A stretch of DNA of 32,000 nt, taken from Wallemia ichthyophaga EXF-994 (Eukaryota > Fungi > Basidiomycota). The stretch lies in the NCBI RefSeq assembly GCF_000400465.1, contig NW_008806284.1, positions 270,001-302,000 of the forward strand. Direction: 5' to 3'. Positions 20,073-32,000 of the stretch are shown here, in pieces; position 1 is the first letter of the stretch, and the number at the start of each line of letters is the position of its first letter. A program made the position numbers and the translations under genes. Under the pieces are notes generated by a model. The model was not told the origin of the DNA. It saw only the letters and a list, made by a program, of their open reading frames with translations, and made no database searches.

Positions 20073-21107
20073 ATGCGCATTCTTCTTGTCAACGACGACG
20101 GCCCACCAGCACCAGCCAGTCCATTCATACGCGATTTCTATATTGCGCTGTCCAGACACCACGATGTATACGTAGTCCTGCCAGCCCAGCAGCGTTCTTG
20201 GATAGGTGAGTGGGTTGCTTAGTGTGTTGGGAGTGTTTGAACCGCTCATTGCTCCCGTTGATTGCTCCCGTTGATTGCTACCGAAGCACACCACACACTG
20301 CAAAACACACTGACACTCCCCGCAGGTTTAAGTTTCCTCATCGACCAGCCCGCAGTGGGGTACTACTACTACCTCAAGCGCGATCCAAGCGCGACAGCCG
20401 AGACATCTGACATCGGTAGACCACTCAAAAACGACGAAATATGTCGCTGGATACTCATCACAGGCACACCAGCCTCCGTGGCGAATATCGCCCTCACCAA
20501 CATCTACACCGACATTGATGTCGTCATCAGCGGGCCCAACTACGGCAGGAATTCATCCACGCCTCTTGTCATGTCTAGTGGTACTGTCGGCGGTGCACTC
20601 GGCAGTGCCATACGCGGTTTCAAGGCTATTTCTCTCTCATATGGCATTATGGAGCAGCCTACTGACCCAGCCTCTATACCAATGGCACATGAATGGGCAG
20701 TACACCTTGTCAACCACCTCATATCCCACTGGAACCCTGAAGCTGACGTGTACTCGATCAACATTCCTCTGGTCAAGAGTTTGCCCAACGCAGTCGCTAA
20801 ATACACGTGCATACAGAAAAGCACCTTTGACCGTCTCTTCCTCCCTTCACTCCCATCCAACCCATCTAAACCTACTACCACCACTCCACACATACAAGAC
20901 GGCGCTCCGTTGAGCTTTGCTTGGGCTCCTGATATTCGCAAACTCATCGAATGCTCTCCCGACTCCCTAGACACGGATACAGACGCACACTGCCTATCCC
21001 AAGGCAATATCTCCATTGTTCCCCTCAGAGCTAACTACGAAACCTGCTACACTAACAACACACACAACTCCACCCTCCCGCCCCGAGGTTCCACAATTGC
21101 AAAGTAA
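20073..21107 (+). CDS. SurE-family 5'/3'-nucleotidase / acid phosphatase (~304 aa, 2 exons), no TTL domain
   Basis: MRILLVNDDG, QRSWIG, TGTPA, ISGPNYGRN, SSGTVGGA motifs. Intron 20206-20325 restores SWIG|LSFL. Confidence 0.9.
20248..20279 (+). repeat. Tandem 13-mer ATTGCTCCCGTTG x2 plus partial third copy, inside the SurE intron
   Basis: Units at 20248-20260 and 20261-20273, then ATTGCT at 20274-20279. Confidence 0.9.
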
Positions 21108-21201
21108 TTTCAGTAAAGTATGAATATCATAATAAGCATAAATAAGAATAAGAATAAAATAATAGCAAATCATCATTTTGATATTAATAACCACCCAATT
21201 T

Positions 21202-24200
21202 CTACCGCTCAATCGGTTTGCTGCGTGCGTAATTGTAGTTGTTAACAACAGACTGTATACGCTGGAAGAACCACGTGCGACTCTCTTGCGAAGTCAGGTT
21301 CATAAAAGGTCCCGTCACATTCCCCTTGAGCCTCAAACTAATCCCATGATTCTCCAAGCTAATCGAGTGGAGTTCATCGAACGCTACTTCCCACCTCAAC
21401 TCAAGATTACGAACCTGTATCTCTAAAATATGTGCTGTGGTGAGCAGTAGAACTGCATCACTACCCCTCACATTCAGATGAGCGACGTATGTTTCGTTGA
21501 AATATTTCCCGTTCTCGACATTCTTCAGCCACGATTGACCTAGTGACTCACGCTCGCTGTACGCCCTTAACACACCATCATCTGCAATGAACCTCGGTAA
21601 TCTAATCCTGTCAATGTCCTGTGGGTCAAATACCGTCGTCGTGTTGCGAATCCCTTCTGAAACATTCGATGCTAAATCAAACACTCCAATCACTGGCTTC
21701 GTGACCGCACCAACGATTCCACGCCCAACTCCCTTGAAGAAACCTCCAGTACCTGATCTTTGCGCACCCTCAATTGGTTTCAACGCCAAGCCTTCAAATC
21801 CAGATGCAATCGATACCGCAAACGCGTTCGCACCCGCTGCGACTCCATAAAGTGCATGCTTTGGCTTATTGCGACGTTGCGCCATTCTCCTTCTGCTCTG
21901 ATACTCCTGATCGAGCGTTATGGCAGATAGACCTAAACTCTATTAGAAACTCCTTTTACACTAACGCGCTCACCCACCTTTTCCAATTGATCCAGTCACT
22001 TTAGACATTGAGTCTGTCACTCCGAATACAGTCTTCTTCACGAAGCTTGTCGCTCCTCTCGCAATCCCAATACCTAACTCCTTGTTCCCATGCATCACGA
22101 GTCCTTGATATGGCTCGTAAAAGATATCCGCAACACCCGAGCTAACATTGTTAAACAATCCAACAGGATTACCGAGGAAGTCAGCACTACCGAGCACGCG
22201 ATAAAGCTGGTACATGAATTGCTCCCTGTAATTTATCATAATATGTTGAGATAGCAACGAGGATGTGAACCGAGCATTTTGGAGAATGAGCGAGTTGAGA
22301 CGAATTGGTGCACCACTAACATTACCCAATGCCATTGTGAGAGCGTTGATAAAAAACATTACCGGATTGCGTGTGTGGGCAGAAGTTGTCTTGTTGTCAA
22401 CATTCACCCTGTCTGTGCGCATGAATGACAAGTCAAGCGATATTGGCTGTAAATGGAACACTTGGAAATATAATTGCATTCCACTACCCAAATCTGCAGG
22501 TTCAATTATCTCAACAGGACTCTCTATCAAACAATCTTCTTTCTGCTGATCGCGATCCCACGAAGGTTCTTCAAATCTACTAAAGTCAATCAAAGCCATT
22601 AAGAAGTCTTCGTCTACTTCAATAGTCATCGATTGCAGAAGCATGGAGAAGTACTCGATACGCGTCACACCGTGCGAGTAGTCCTTAGATATTATGACAG
22701 AGCTGTCCAGCGTTGGCTGTCTCTCCAGTTCTCTACCATCCTTTGGCTGCGTTGTGGGGTAAAGGATAATTGGGAAGAGTCCACCAAACAGCTGATTGTC
22801 AATTTGAATCCACTTGCAGCTCATATTGTAAGACGTGTGAAGATTACTGTCCGAGTATTGCATTCCAATACCCCTAAATGATGCGTAAAACAGTTCCTGC
22901 ATACGCCTATTTAAGACGCTAACACCTACACCCTCCAGCTCCAAACTGAATTGAGTGTTGAGAACAGTCTCCAGGTTTTTCTCCTCGAACTGCCCTGCTG
23001 TCGAATCTGACGTTTCAGATTTCGCAACACTTCTCCTCCGGGGCTGATAGAGCGACTCGTCTTGCGAATATGGCGACAGCACTAACACTTGACGAGGTCC
23101 ATCAGCACGAACATCGATCGATAACGTGTCACTGGCAAATCGATAAGGAGGTAAGGCGCCTATTTCCATGAGGTCTATCGAGCGCTCTTTCCCTCCTTGA
23201 GCTCTCAAGCGCAATTTTTTGTCAGTCTCAGCAGGTGCATCCCAAGCGTAGTCCATAGACGAATGAGGAGCAACATTGTACCGCTTTGGTTTCAAACCCG
23301 GCATCATAGTGAGATTGTCGTAACCTAATGCTTTGTCAGCTGGGGAAATCCCAACATCATCAAACCCACCTTCCGTGGTAGACTGCCAAATCTCAACACC
23401 AGTATCGCTATTGTTTTCAACCATAAATGGCCATGGATCAGTATCTTTCTTGAGGTAGACAAAGATGGTAGGACCCTCAATGCACACGTCGGCCTTGATG
23501 AGATGGTCGACCTGATCTCCCAGTCTCATTCTTAAGTGAACAGGACCGACGTCAGTGAGAGAGAAAGGTGCGGACCATTCCTTTGTACCAGGATAGGAGA
23601 TCTTAAGGAGGTGCTTTTCATCCTCATCCAGACTCTCTAATCTGTGCAGCGCCTTCCTTTCACTAGCTTTAAGATTGAGAAGGTATGGAGAGCTGTCAAC
23701 GCGCGCGTTAATCGTCTCGCTCAGCTGGCTCTTGATAAGGAACCGAGGCTGGATAGTAACGACCTTGCTAAGCTTATACTTTCCATTACCCTCAACTACG
23801 CTCATACCGATATGTACGTTCTCGTCGCCTTGAGCAGACAGCGTCACCTCCGTGTCAGCGGCAGCCACATCAAACGACAGCGGCTTCGACCAGTTCGAGT
23901 CGCCGATCCTGAGCAAGAACCTCTTTTGGCGATCGTCTGAGTTGTGCGAGAACATGAACGGCGACGTCTCTCTCTTCTTCATCTTGGACGAACTGAGGTC
24001 TTGGCCAGCCACATTCTTCCCAGCGCCCAGAAGACTCTTGGAACGGAGGACAAAATCGAATCCAGACTTGTTATAAAGAACGTATGGAGAGTATATCTGT
24101 ACCTTGAACGCGCCGCCTGATTTCGGATAGCGATAGTAGTGTATGCGCACATTCAGCTTCAACGATTCTTGATCTGATAAACTCAGGACACTTTCAACGG

Positions 24201-27200
24201 GGAAATCGTCGGGGTTGTCCGTGTTGATGATTGCGAACTCACTCGGAGAAAATACTGAATTCTCGATGGTAATGCTAAGGAGAACGAGGTGAGACAATTC
24301 AATAAGATGAAGAGGGCTAACACCGCCCTGAAGCAAGAATGAAGATTGATCCTGTTTAGTATTCTTGTCGAAGATTCTATGGACTGATTAGAAAAAAACC
24401 TTAACGCAAGCAAACACCAAACCCACCTGAATTTGATATCGTACGGCAACAGATTTTCAATCTCGATAGGAGAGCGTAATCTGAGTGTCAAGCGAGGGTA
24501 AATACGAGTAAGTTCATCAGCGGGGTCGAAATCAGCACAAGCCTGAAATTTGAATGATGGTTCAGCATGATCACTAGCTTTACAGCTGATAGATCTTGAA
24601 GGATTTTTCATGACATCTTGCCAGTAAAAAGCTTCAGAACTCCACGCATAACCGAATCCAGGATCAGGTCTAATTTTGATGCGCTTTTCATACGCAGCTT
24701 CGATAGGCAAAGCGTAAGACTGACCTGGGGTGAGTTTCGAAACCCCACCCGCAGGTTTACCATTACCCCCAATAATAACAATCTCGATAGGGAGGTGAGA
24801 GCTATTCTCGACCTGGTATGTTGATCTGAAAGTAACAACTTTGAAAGTATCCTGCAATCTAATATCGACGACTACTCTGTGTAACACTTTGCTGATTTTA
24901 GACTTGAGAATGTATGTCTGCTCACCCTCCTTATCGACAGAAATACGTCCAACACTCTCCCACTTAGTGTTATCGAGCTGAATACCTACGCTGTTGTGAG
25001 CGGATGCACTGACATCCTCGCGAAGTGTGCGCAGATCTTCAAATCTCCACGGCGACTCGGATGTGTTGCTCAGCGACAAGGTATTGCTAGCATCGTGCGT
25101 TGGCCACACGTTCATATCGTATCCAGTGTGGTTGCGCAGAAGGAACGGCGCAGAGCTCCCGCGCGGCTTCTCGAGTAGCCTGGTAGCGTTATTTCCAATC
25201 AACGAGTAGAAAAGCAGGGCAGTCTGAATAAACGACGACGTCAAGTTAATCTCGAGTCTCCTCCGTGAAGACATCACAATATTCATTCCAGTTGGCGGTT
25301 GAAGACGTTCTCCCTGTGTAAAGTATCGTTAGTGTTGCTCTCAAAAGTACACACACCCACCCTTAGAGTAAGTTCCCATGGATCCATTAGCGGTTCCCAG
25401 TGAGAGTTTGTCGGATTGAAGTAATTAATCGACCACGAAACAGCCGTCTGGATCTTCATTTCGGAGGTCCAATCGAACAGATCGATATTAAATCTCTTAG
25501 TATGAAGGTGAATTAAGGGGAGCTCGTGGAGATCCTCGATCAAAACAACCTGGAATCCCTCAAACACAGCACTGAGATTCTCCTTTGTGATCATAACCTT
25601 TGGTTTCATAGATGGAGCAGGGAGAGCGAGGTGGTTCTGCGAGGCCGGAGTGATCCCAAATGCTGATGCAGACTCTGCTCCCGAATACCTCTTTGCGCCT
25701 GGTGAAATTGCTGGCGCTTTGACTGAGCGAGCCGAAGTATTTTCACCGCCTCTCAACTCATCTGGAGACACCTGCGTCGGTCTTGATTTAGTCGACAGCT
25801 CAAGCGCCTTATTGAAGATATCTGTAATGAGTAAAATATCTCTATAAGACGCTCTGAAGATGATAGGATCAGCGCGTAGCTCGATGGATGTATTCTGACG
25901 CAGATCGACCTTGCGTGAGTCGTAGCTCAGTGTGAAATCAAAGTTATCGAGGAAGCGCAGCTTGTCCTTGGGTTTGTCCATTCGCGACAAGAACATGCCA
26001 AGTCTGTCTACCTTAAGTGCGATCACTCCGTGTTGTGACATGAGCACTTGTTTCACAGAAAGCTCAATAGCCTCCGTCGTAGGTTCACTCTCGTTAGCGA
26101 GTATAATGATGGATGTGTTGACGACATTCAACCTATATGCGAATGAAGGTTCGCTGTTAATCTCGTCGGGCTGTTTTATAGGTGAGTCCTCAAGTTGATC
26201 CACATCAACATCCATAGGGTCCTCGTAACTCTCCTGCGTTTCTTGGGCACCCGAATCATTTGACTGAGCCGGTATAGCCGAGTAGAAGTAATCCGTCAAA
26301 GCAAATAGGGGATCGACTGAGAAGATAATTTTCGGTGAGTCGATAGTAAGTAGTGCGAGACTAGACTGGTCTGTGCCGCCAGCCTTAGAGTAATGGATCA
26401 TAAACTGATGACCGTCATGAATAGCGGGGGGAATGAGTTGTCTGAACTTGGAGCCTGACTGCGCACGGGTGTCGTCCATCCTGAGGCTTTTGAGTGTCAG
26501 CTCGGACTCCATGGAGCCATCAGAAAGCGTCTTCAGTTTTAAGTTAGTGTCATTTAGCGAGAACCTCGCGATGCTGTTCTCCTCTAACTTTCTAGCGCTA
26601 GTAGCAAGAGGGGTGAAGAGCTCGAGGGAGACGGTTCCGACGTCAAACGCCAGCTCAGTGCTCGTCCACTTATCCTGCTCTTTGTCTTGCTCGCTGAGAA
26701 GTATCTCAGGGTTGAGGTCGACAGATGTCTTCTTCGCTACCTTGCGCTCACCATTGCGCTCACGCTCCTCCTCCTGGCCGCGAACCTCACGCATCACTTT
26801 CTCCTCTTTCTCCTCGTGCACAACCTTCCTTGCATCGCGGGGAATACTGATTTGGTCAGCCTCCTCGCCCAGCTCCGCACCGTGCTGTTCGTCGAGTGTA
26901 AACGCCTTAGGGATGCTCTTGCTGAGGTCGTACAAAGACACATACTGTGTCTGTGTGAGCGCCACCTTGACGTCAGTCATATGGCCGTGAATCTGTTAGA
27001 GAAAGAGAGTGAGCGAGTCGCACTACCGCATCAGTAAACCACACCCACCTTCTGCATACCGTGACGTGTTTTGCCATCCTCGAGTACAATTTGGTCGAAT
27101 ATATCGAAATTGAAATCCAGATTGACATTATCAAGGATGGGAAGGGTTTCAAAACCGTCCTTGTCTGCATCTTTATCTGTGTCTCTGATGGTGGAGGTGA

Positions 27201-30200
27201 GGTTAATACCATGAAGGCCAGTGTGCAAATGCTGGATATCGCCTGGGGATTTCCCAGTGAAGCTATTCTTCGCGACGAACTCACCCAGTCGCATAGTCAG
27301 CATAGACTGATTGGTGAGAGTGGGGAAGACAATGATAGGTGCACGCACGCGCACATCGTACTGCATGCGGCCCCCATTCACATCGTTAGCCGCGTCCTGC
27401 GCTGCGCGTGTAGCTGCGTCGTAGAGCGCTTTTAAACGCGCAAACTTGATGAGGAACTTGTACAAATCGTTGACTGGTTCCTCATTGAAAGTGAACTTAA
27501 GCGAAGCTGTGCGCAGATATACGGAGGAGTTGTAACCGGGGTAGCTCTCCCTCTTCGGATCGAATGTCTGATAAGAAAAGTCGGCCAATTCCTCACCCTC
27601 GATGGAGAGGAGCTGGCGGAAGCCATCATCTATCGCGCTGTTGTCATCGCTTATCTCCAGCCCACCTAACTTTGCGTTGACTTGCATGGTGGTGTTGTCG
27701 AGCAAGATTGATACATCACCAGCTGAGAGTATCAGAGTCGCTAGCTGCGTCACTCCATCATCTAGCTTAAATACTATACTGTGCAGTTTGAAATCCACTT
27801 TAATCTTCCGGTTACCTCCCTCCTCATCTTCACTCGACAACTGCGATCCTAACTGACTACTCACCATCTCTGGGCTTGAATGTGGATTGGCATTTGCAAG
27901 TGCATCATCAGTCTTGCCACTTCCACTGCCACGTCCGCCAACGAATGTCTCCATGATAAACGCATACAGCTCGATAATCGGTTCAGGTCGTGCGAGAAGG
28001 TTGATAGTAGAAAGATCAGTGTCAACGATCTGGTCAATACCGTGATAAACAGTATGGAATTCCGGTGAATGCGGCTGCACTCTATCGTACCTAACTCTGA
28101 CAAGTTCAGTGGGATGCTGTTTTTGCTGCGTGGAATTATCGTCTGACGTAATTAGCGGTGTACGTGTCCCGCAATTCGTGTCAACATTAACAATAGAGAG
28201 GGACTGCAGCAGAACGTCGACATGCATATCGAGTTGCCTATATACATACCCGAGGTAGAAACCCTTGAGGATACCCTCTGCGAGCAGTTTTTCTTTTTCC
28301 TTTCCATCCGAGTCGTACGTGCTCCTGAAAGCATTCGCTTGCAACTTGTCCACTCTGAAATCGAGTGTGAAGACTTGCTGGCGATAATTAACTTCATCTG
28401 ATACACCCGACGCTACCGATTCAGGTGCCTCGAAGAACCTGTCTACTGTCTCCGCTTCTGACAAACTCCCTGTAACACTCTCCCCGTCATCGTCATGGAC
28501 GTCCAGATCGTACGTAGGTAGGTCACCACCGCTTGTAAAAATTGAACCGCGGCGAGCATGTGTGTTTTCATTTTCAGTCTGTTTCTTTGTCGGCTTAGAT
28601 GGAATGTGAGCGTGAGCGTTGGCATTATTGTTATTGTTATCGTCAAAGTGAGGAATAGCCACGTCAATAATAGCCATCATAGACTGGTACTTGCGCTCAG
28701 ATATATTGATTGTAAGCTCGGGGAGGTGACCAGCGACTCTGAACCGTGTTAGGTTAACAGCAGAAGGCAGGATGGAGTTATGGACGGTGAGGTTGAGATT
28801 GATTTCCTCGACGATATTGTAATTCTCTCTCTGTCTGTTCTTCCCATCCATCCCACCTTTCTCCCTCCTCTCGAGCACGCCGAGAAGCGCATTAAGATCA
28901 TTACCGATAAGCAACTGAGCGCGTTTCAACTGAAGTGAGAATTTATCATACATAAGCTCCTCGAGCTGCTTCCAGTCGCTCTCTTCATAATCTGATTTAG
29001 CGTGAGCTTTATGTCTAACATCCTTAATTGCCTTTTTATCAGCGAGGTCAGACTCCACGGCGATATGACCAGCATCGAGGACAAGATGCATAGTGTTATT
29101 GTCGGTGACGTCTTGTGGGAGGATGATGATGGGAGCATTCATATCGACACGCAGATCGATAGTGGAGTGCTGTGCGATGGCGTATTCGAAACCAGTTCGC
29201 GTTTGCTTCCTGAAAGAATCTAGCGACTCTGAAGCGACGTCAATGAGCGCGTTGATAGACTCCAGTTTGGATTCAGGTGGTTTGAAAAAATTTCGTATAG
29301 CCTCTACGTACCCCTTATGGTAGATAATTTCGAGATGTCTCATCTTTAATTGTAGTGCACTGTCTGCTCTGTTATCGAGCGGTTTAGATTCCCAAGCGAA
29401 CGAGAAAAATTGCTGGGTTTTATCATCCTCCTCCAAAGCACTATCCCTCTTGACGCTGACGATGTTAGGGTAGATAGTTTTAGGATTAGTAGCATCCTTT
29501 ACGCTAAGATCACCTAGACCGACAGCCACACTTAGGTTATCAACCCGCTTGACGACATCCGCAGTGAGGGCGCTGAAAACAATGCTAACGAGATCGCCAG
29601 ACGTGTTTGGGTATCTGAGAGCGAGCGAGCCGGTATTAAGAATAGCTTTTACGCGCAATTTCATTGCATCTTTGGGTAGATCAACTGCGGAGCTCACCGC
29701 CTGTTTTTCATCCCACTCGATAGCGTCGTAGAGTTCCTTTCTCTGCTGTTCATTGAGAGTGGCAGAGTTATCCTTGTCATCATTTGTAGACACTGCGTTC
29801 TGATCTTGACCAACAGCCCACGAAGCAGCGTTCCAAGCCCACCCCATCCAGCCCTGTTGCGTGGGCTGTGGGGTTTGGGGGTTGACGCTATCGGCGCCAC
29901 GTTGGCGCAAAGACTCCTTGCGCAGCTCTGACCTGGCTATAGAACGATAAAAACGTATATCTTCGTAGCGCAGTTTCTCTTCGAGCCGCCGCAGCTTCGT
30001 CTCCCTATCACTCTCCATACCCTTCTGCAGACGTTCAGACTCCTTGCGCTCCTTCCATAGGGCAACATAGAGTTTTCTGTCGTCGCGGCGCTCAGCGAAA
30101 TACGCCCAAGTCCACTTCTTATTGCGCTCGTGCACCTCATTGAGAATGGCCCTCGCAGCAAAAGAAAGCAGGGCACGAGGTTTGTTGGCATGCAACTCAT

Positions 30201-31202
30201 CAGCATTCGGACGCAAGCGAATATATTGAGATTGACGGATGTGGAAATGGAAGTTATCAACCATGAGGAGAGCATCACGGTACTGCTCCTCGTTGAGCAT
30301 AAAACCAATCCTGTCAAAGAGAAGTTCAATGTCAAGTTTGGGAGTGTCGCTGGTGGCCTGGTGGTTCATACGCAGACGACCCTCACCAGAAACAGGTTTG
30401 AGAATGTATTGATGATTTGGAGTATTTTGTTTGTTGGCGATAAGGGAAGTGAATTTCTCGATGGCGATGTTTGTTGGGTGACCGAGGAGGGATTCAGCGT
30501 CAGTATCCCAGTAAGCAGAAAGGGATTCAAGCTTAGCAAGCTTATGAATGCCTTCTCTATTCTCTTCGATGAAGGTGGGTAGCCAGTTAGAATCTGTGGA
30601 AACAGCGCTAAAGCCGCTAAGGGTGAGACCAACGGCGAATAACTGATTATGATGACTAATACTATCTTGATAGCGTATATGGATGTTTTCGATAACGAGT
30701 TGAAGATTGTTGAGGATCTTGGTGACTAGTGAATTGGCGAATGACTCGTTCTTCTTCTCGTCTTCTGGGGAGATACCAGGGGAGGCTTGTGAGTTTAACA
30801 ACAACTCAGCACTATCAAGCCTTTCCTGCTTAACTTGTTGAGAGCGTTTATCATCTTCTTCGGCGTCAAACTGAGTGAAATTTAGCGGGGATTTTGAAAA
30901 AGGGGTTAAGATACCTGACTAGCGCCCGCAGGTAGAGCAATGAGGTAGACATTATCAATGTTAATCTTGCATGGTTTCCCTTTAAGGTTACTCCACGGGA
31001 TACTGAGTGTTAGTTCACCGAGGTAACCCTCCTTGACGTCAACAGGCAACCTAAACTTATCCAAAGCGCTTTTCCTCAATTTAAGATTCTTTAGCTTGAC
31101 ATCTCCACTCCAAATGCCAACGTTAAGTTGGCTTGTGTCGAGATTATCGATGTACGCTGAGAGGAATCTATTGAGTAAGCCAGCGACGACACCTTCAAGC
31201 AT
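21202..31202 (-). CDS. VPS13: Vacuolar protein sorting 13 lipid-transfer protein (~3252 aa, 6 exons)
   Basis: Chorein-N start [40 protein letters not shown]; C-terminal [26 protein letters not shown] and RIRLPRFI. Exons 31202-30915, 30870-27049, 26992-25361, 25313-24427, 24376-21978, 21932-21202 sum to 9759 nt (in frame). Introns 44-56 nt. Confidence 0.96.
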
Positions 31203-31420
31203 CTTTGGTATATTTAATTAGCTTATTTAATTAGATGATGGTTGTTGAGGGATAACAATAAATGACATCACATGCGCAGATCATTAAATGAAAATTGTTT
31301 TTTGATTAGTTTATAATGACCTTATAAAAGAATAAATCAATTAAAATGTGTCTAGTTGAATAATTATTAATTTGGGTTGGTTGCTAAAATTTTCATCCGA
31401 CATCCACAATTGTTTATTTC

Positions 31421-31999
31421 CTACTTTGACACTGGAACTGGTGCAGTGCCAGCTTCAGTAACAGCCTTCTTAACACTCGTCCTTCTACCGACAGATTTGT
31501 AAGTTTTGACGTAAAATGCGATAAAGAGGAAGAGGTAGCTGGTGAGTAAACCACAACCACAGAAAGCAGCGAAACGACTACCAGTACAATCACCAACGTG
31601 TGGCCAACCCCATCTATAACCGTAATGTTGATAAGTTGCAAAGTAAACGATGAAGATATCGATAATGAATTGAGTGATTTGCATTGTAGTGAGGTACTTT
31701 TTCCACCAAATTCTGGCACCACCAGCTGTAGCGTAGTAGTAGTAGTACATGAGTACGTGAACTGCCAAATTGAGTGAAATAACCACCCAACTAACAGCTG
31801 TTCTACCTTCAAGTTGGGTGTAACACAGAGCAGCTGTAGCAGCGTGATGGAATACGTGAAGGAATGCCAATGGCTTCTTCTTTAACACTAAGAATACCGT
31901 GTCTATTAATTCAATATACTTGAAGTAGTAGTTGATTATGTAGTAAAACTCTAACTTATCTGTCCACGCTTCTTCACTACAGATACTGTAATAGAAGCC
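31421..31999 (-). CDS. GNS1/SUR4 (ELO) very-long-chain fatty-acid elongase, 5' partial
   Basis: Frame is open to the window end: ..KYIELIDTVFLVLKKKPLAFLHVFHH (HxxHH), NLAVHVLMYYYY, WWKKYLTTMQITQF. Confidence 0.93.
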   Translation of the reverse strand, partial: GFYYSICSEEAWTDKLEFYYIINYYFKYIELIDTVFLVLKKKPLAFLHVFHHAATAALCYTQLEGRTAVSWVVISLNLAVHVLMYYYYYATAGGARIWWKKYLTTMQITQFIIDIFIVYFATYQHYGYRWGWPHVGDCTGSRFAAFCGCGLLTSYLFLFIAFYVKTYKSVGRRTSVKKAVTEAGTAPVPVSK

Positions 32000-32000
32000 A

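Overview
Gene-dense fungal genomic DNA. Short (43-56 nt) GT-AG introns, tiny intergenic gaps and the protein sequences suggest a compact basidiomycete genome (Wallemia-like; inference, not database-checked). Genes left to right: MRS2/LPE10 Mg2+ transporter (5'-partial), IME2/Crk1-like kinase, secreted tyrosinase-type di-copper protein, a ~4 kb AT-richer stretch with no recognisable gene, tRNA-Asp(GTC), an orphan mostly disordered protein, DRS1 helicase, a Zn2Cys6 transcription factor, SWI1-like ARID protein, an aromatic-type aldehyde dehydrogenase, a stand-alone SurE phosphatase, VPS13 (~3250 aa, 6 exons) and a GNS1/SUR4 fatty-acid elongase (5'-partial). No CRISPR array, rRNA or recognisable transposon. 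Best observations: two hidden 5' exons of SWI1, including an in-frame-skippable 15-nt micro-exon that inserts LMFIM into a Gln run; a strongly GTG/GTGGGT-biased 5' splice-site signature; and the unexplained 5.0-9.0 kb region with hairpin clusters, a tRNA-3'-half-like element and stop-interrupted reading frames. All exon models were derived by hand and need RNA evidence.
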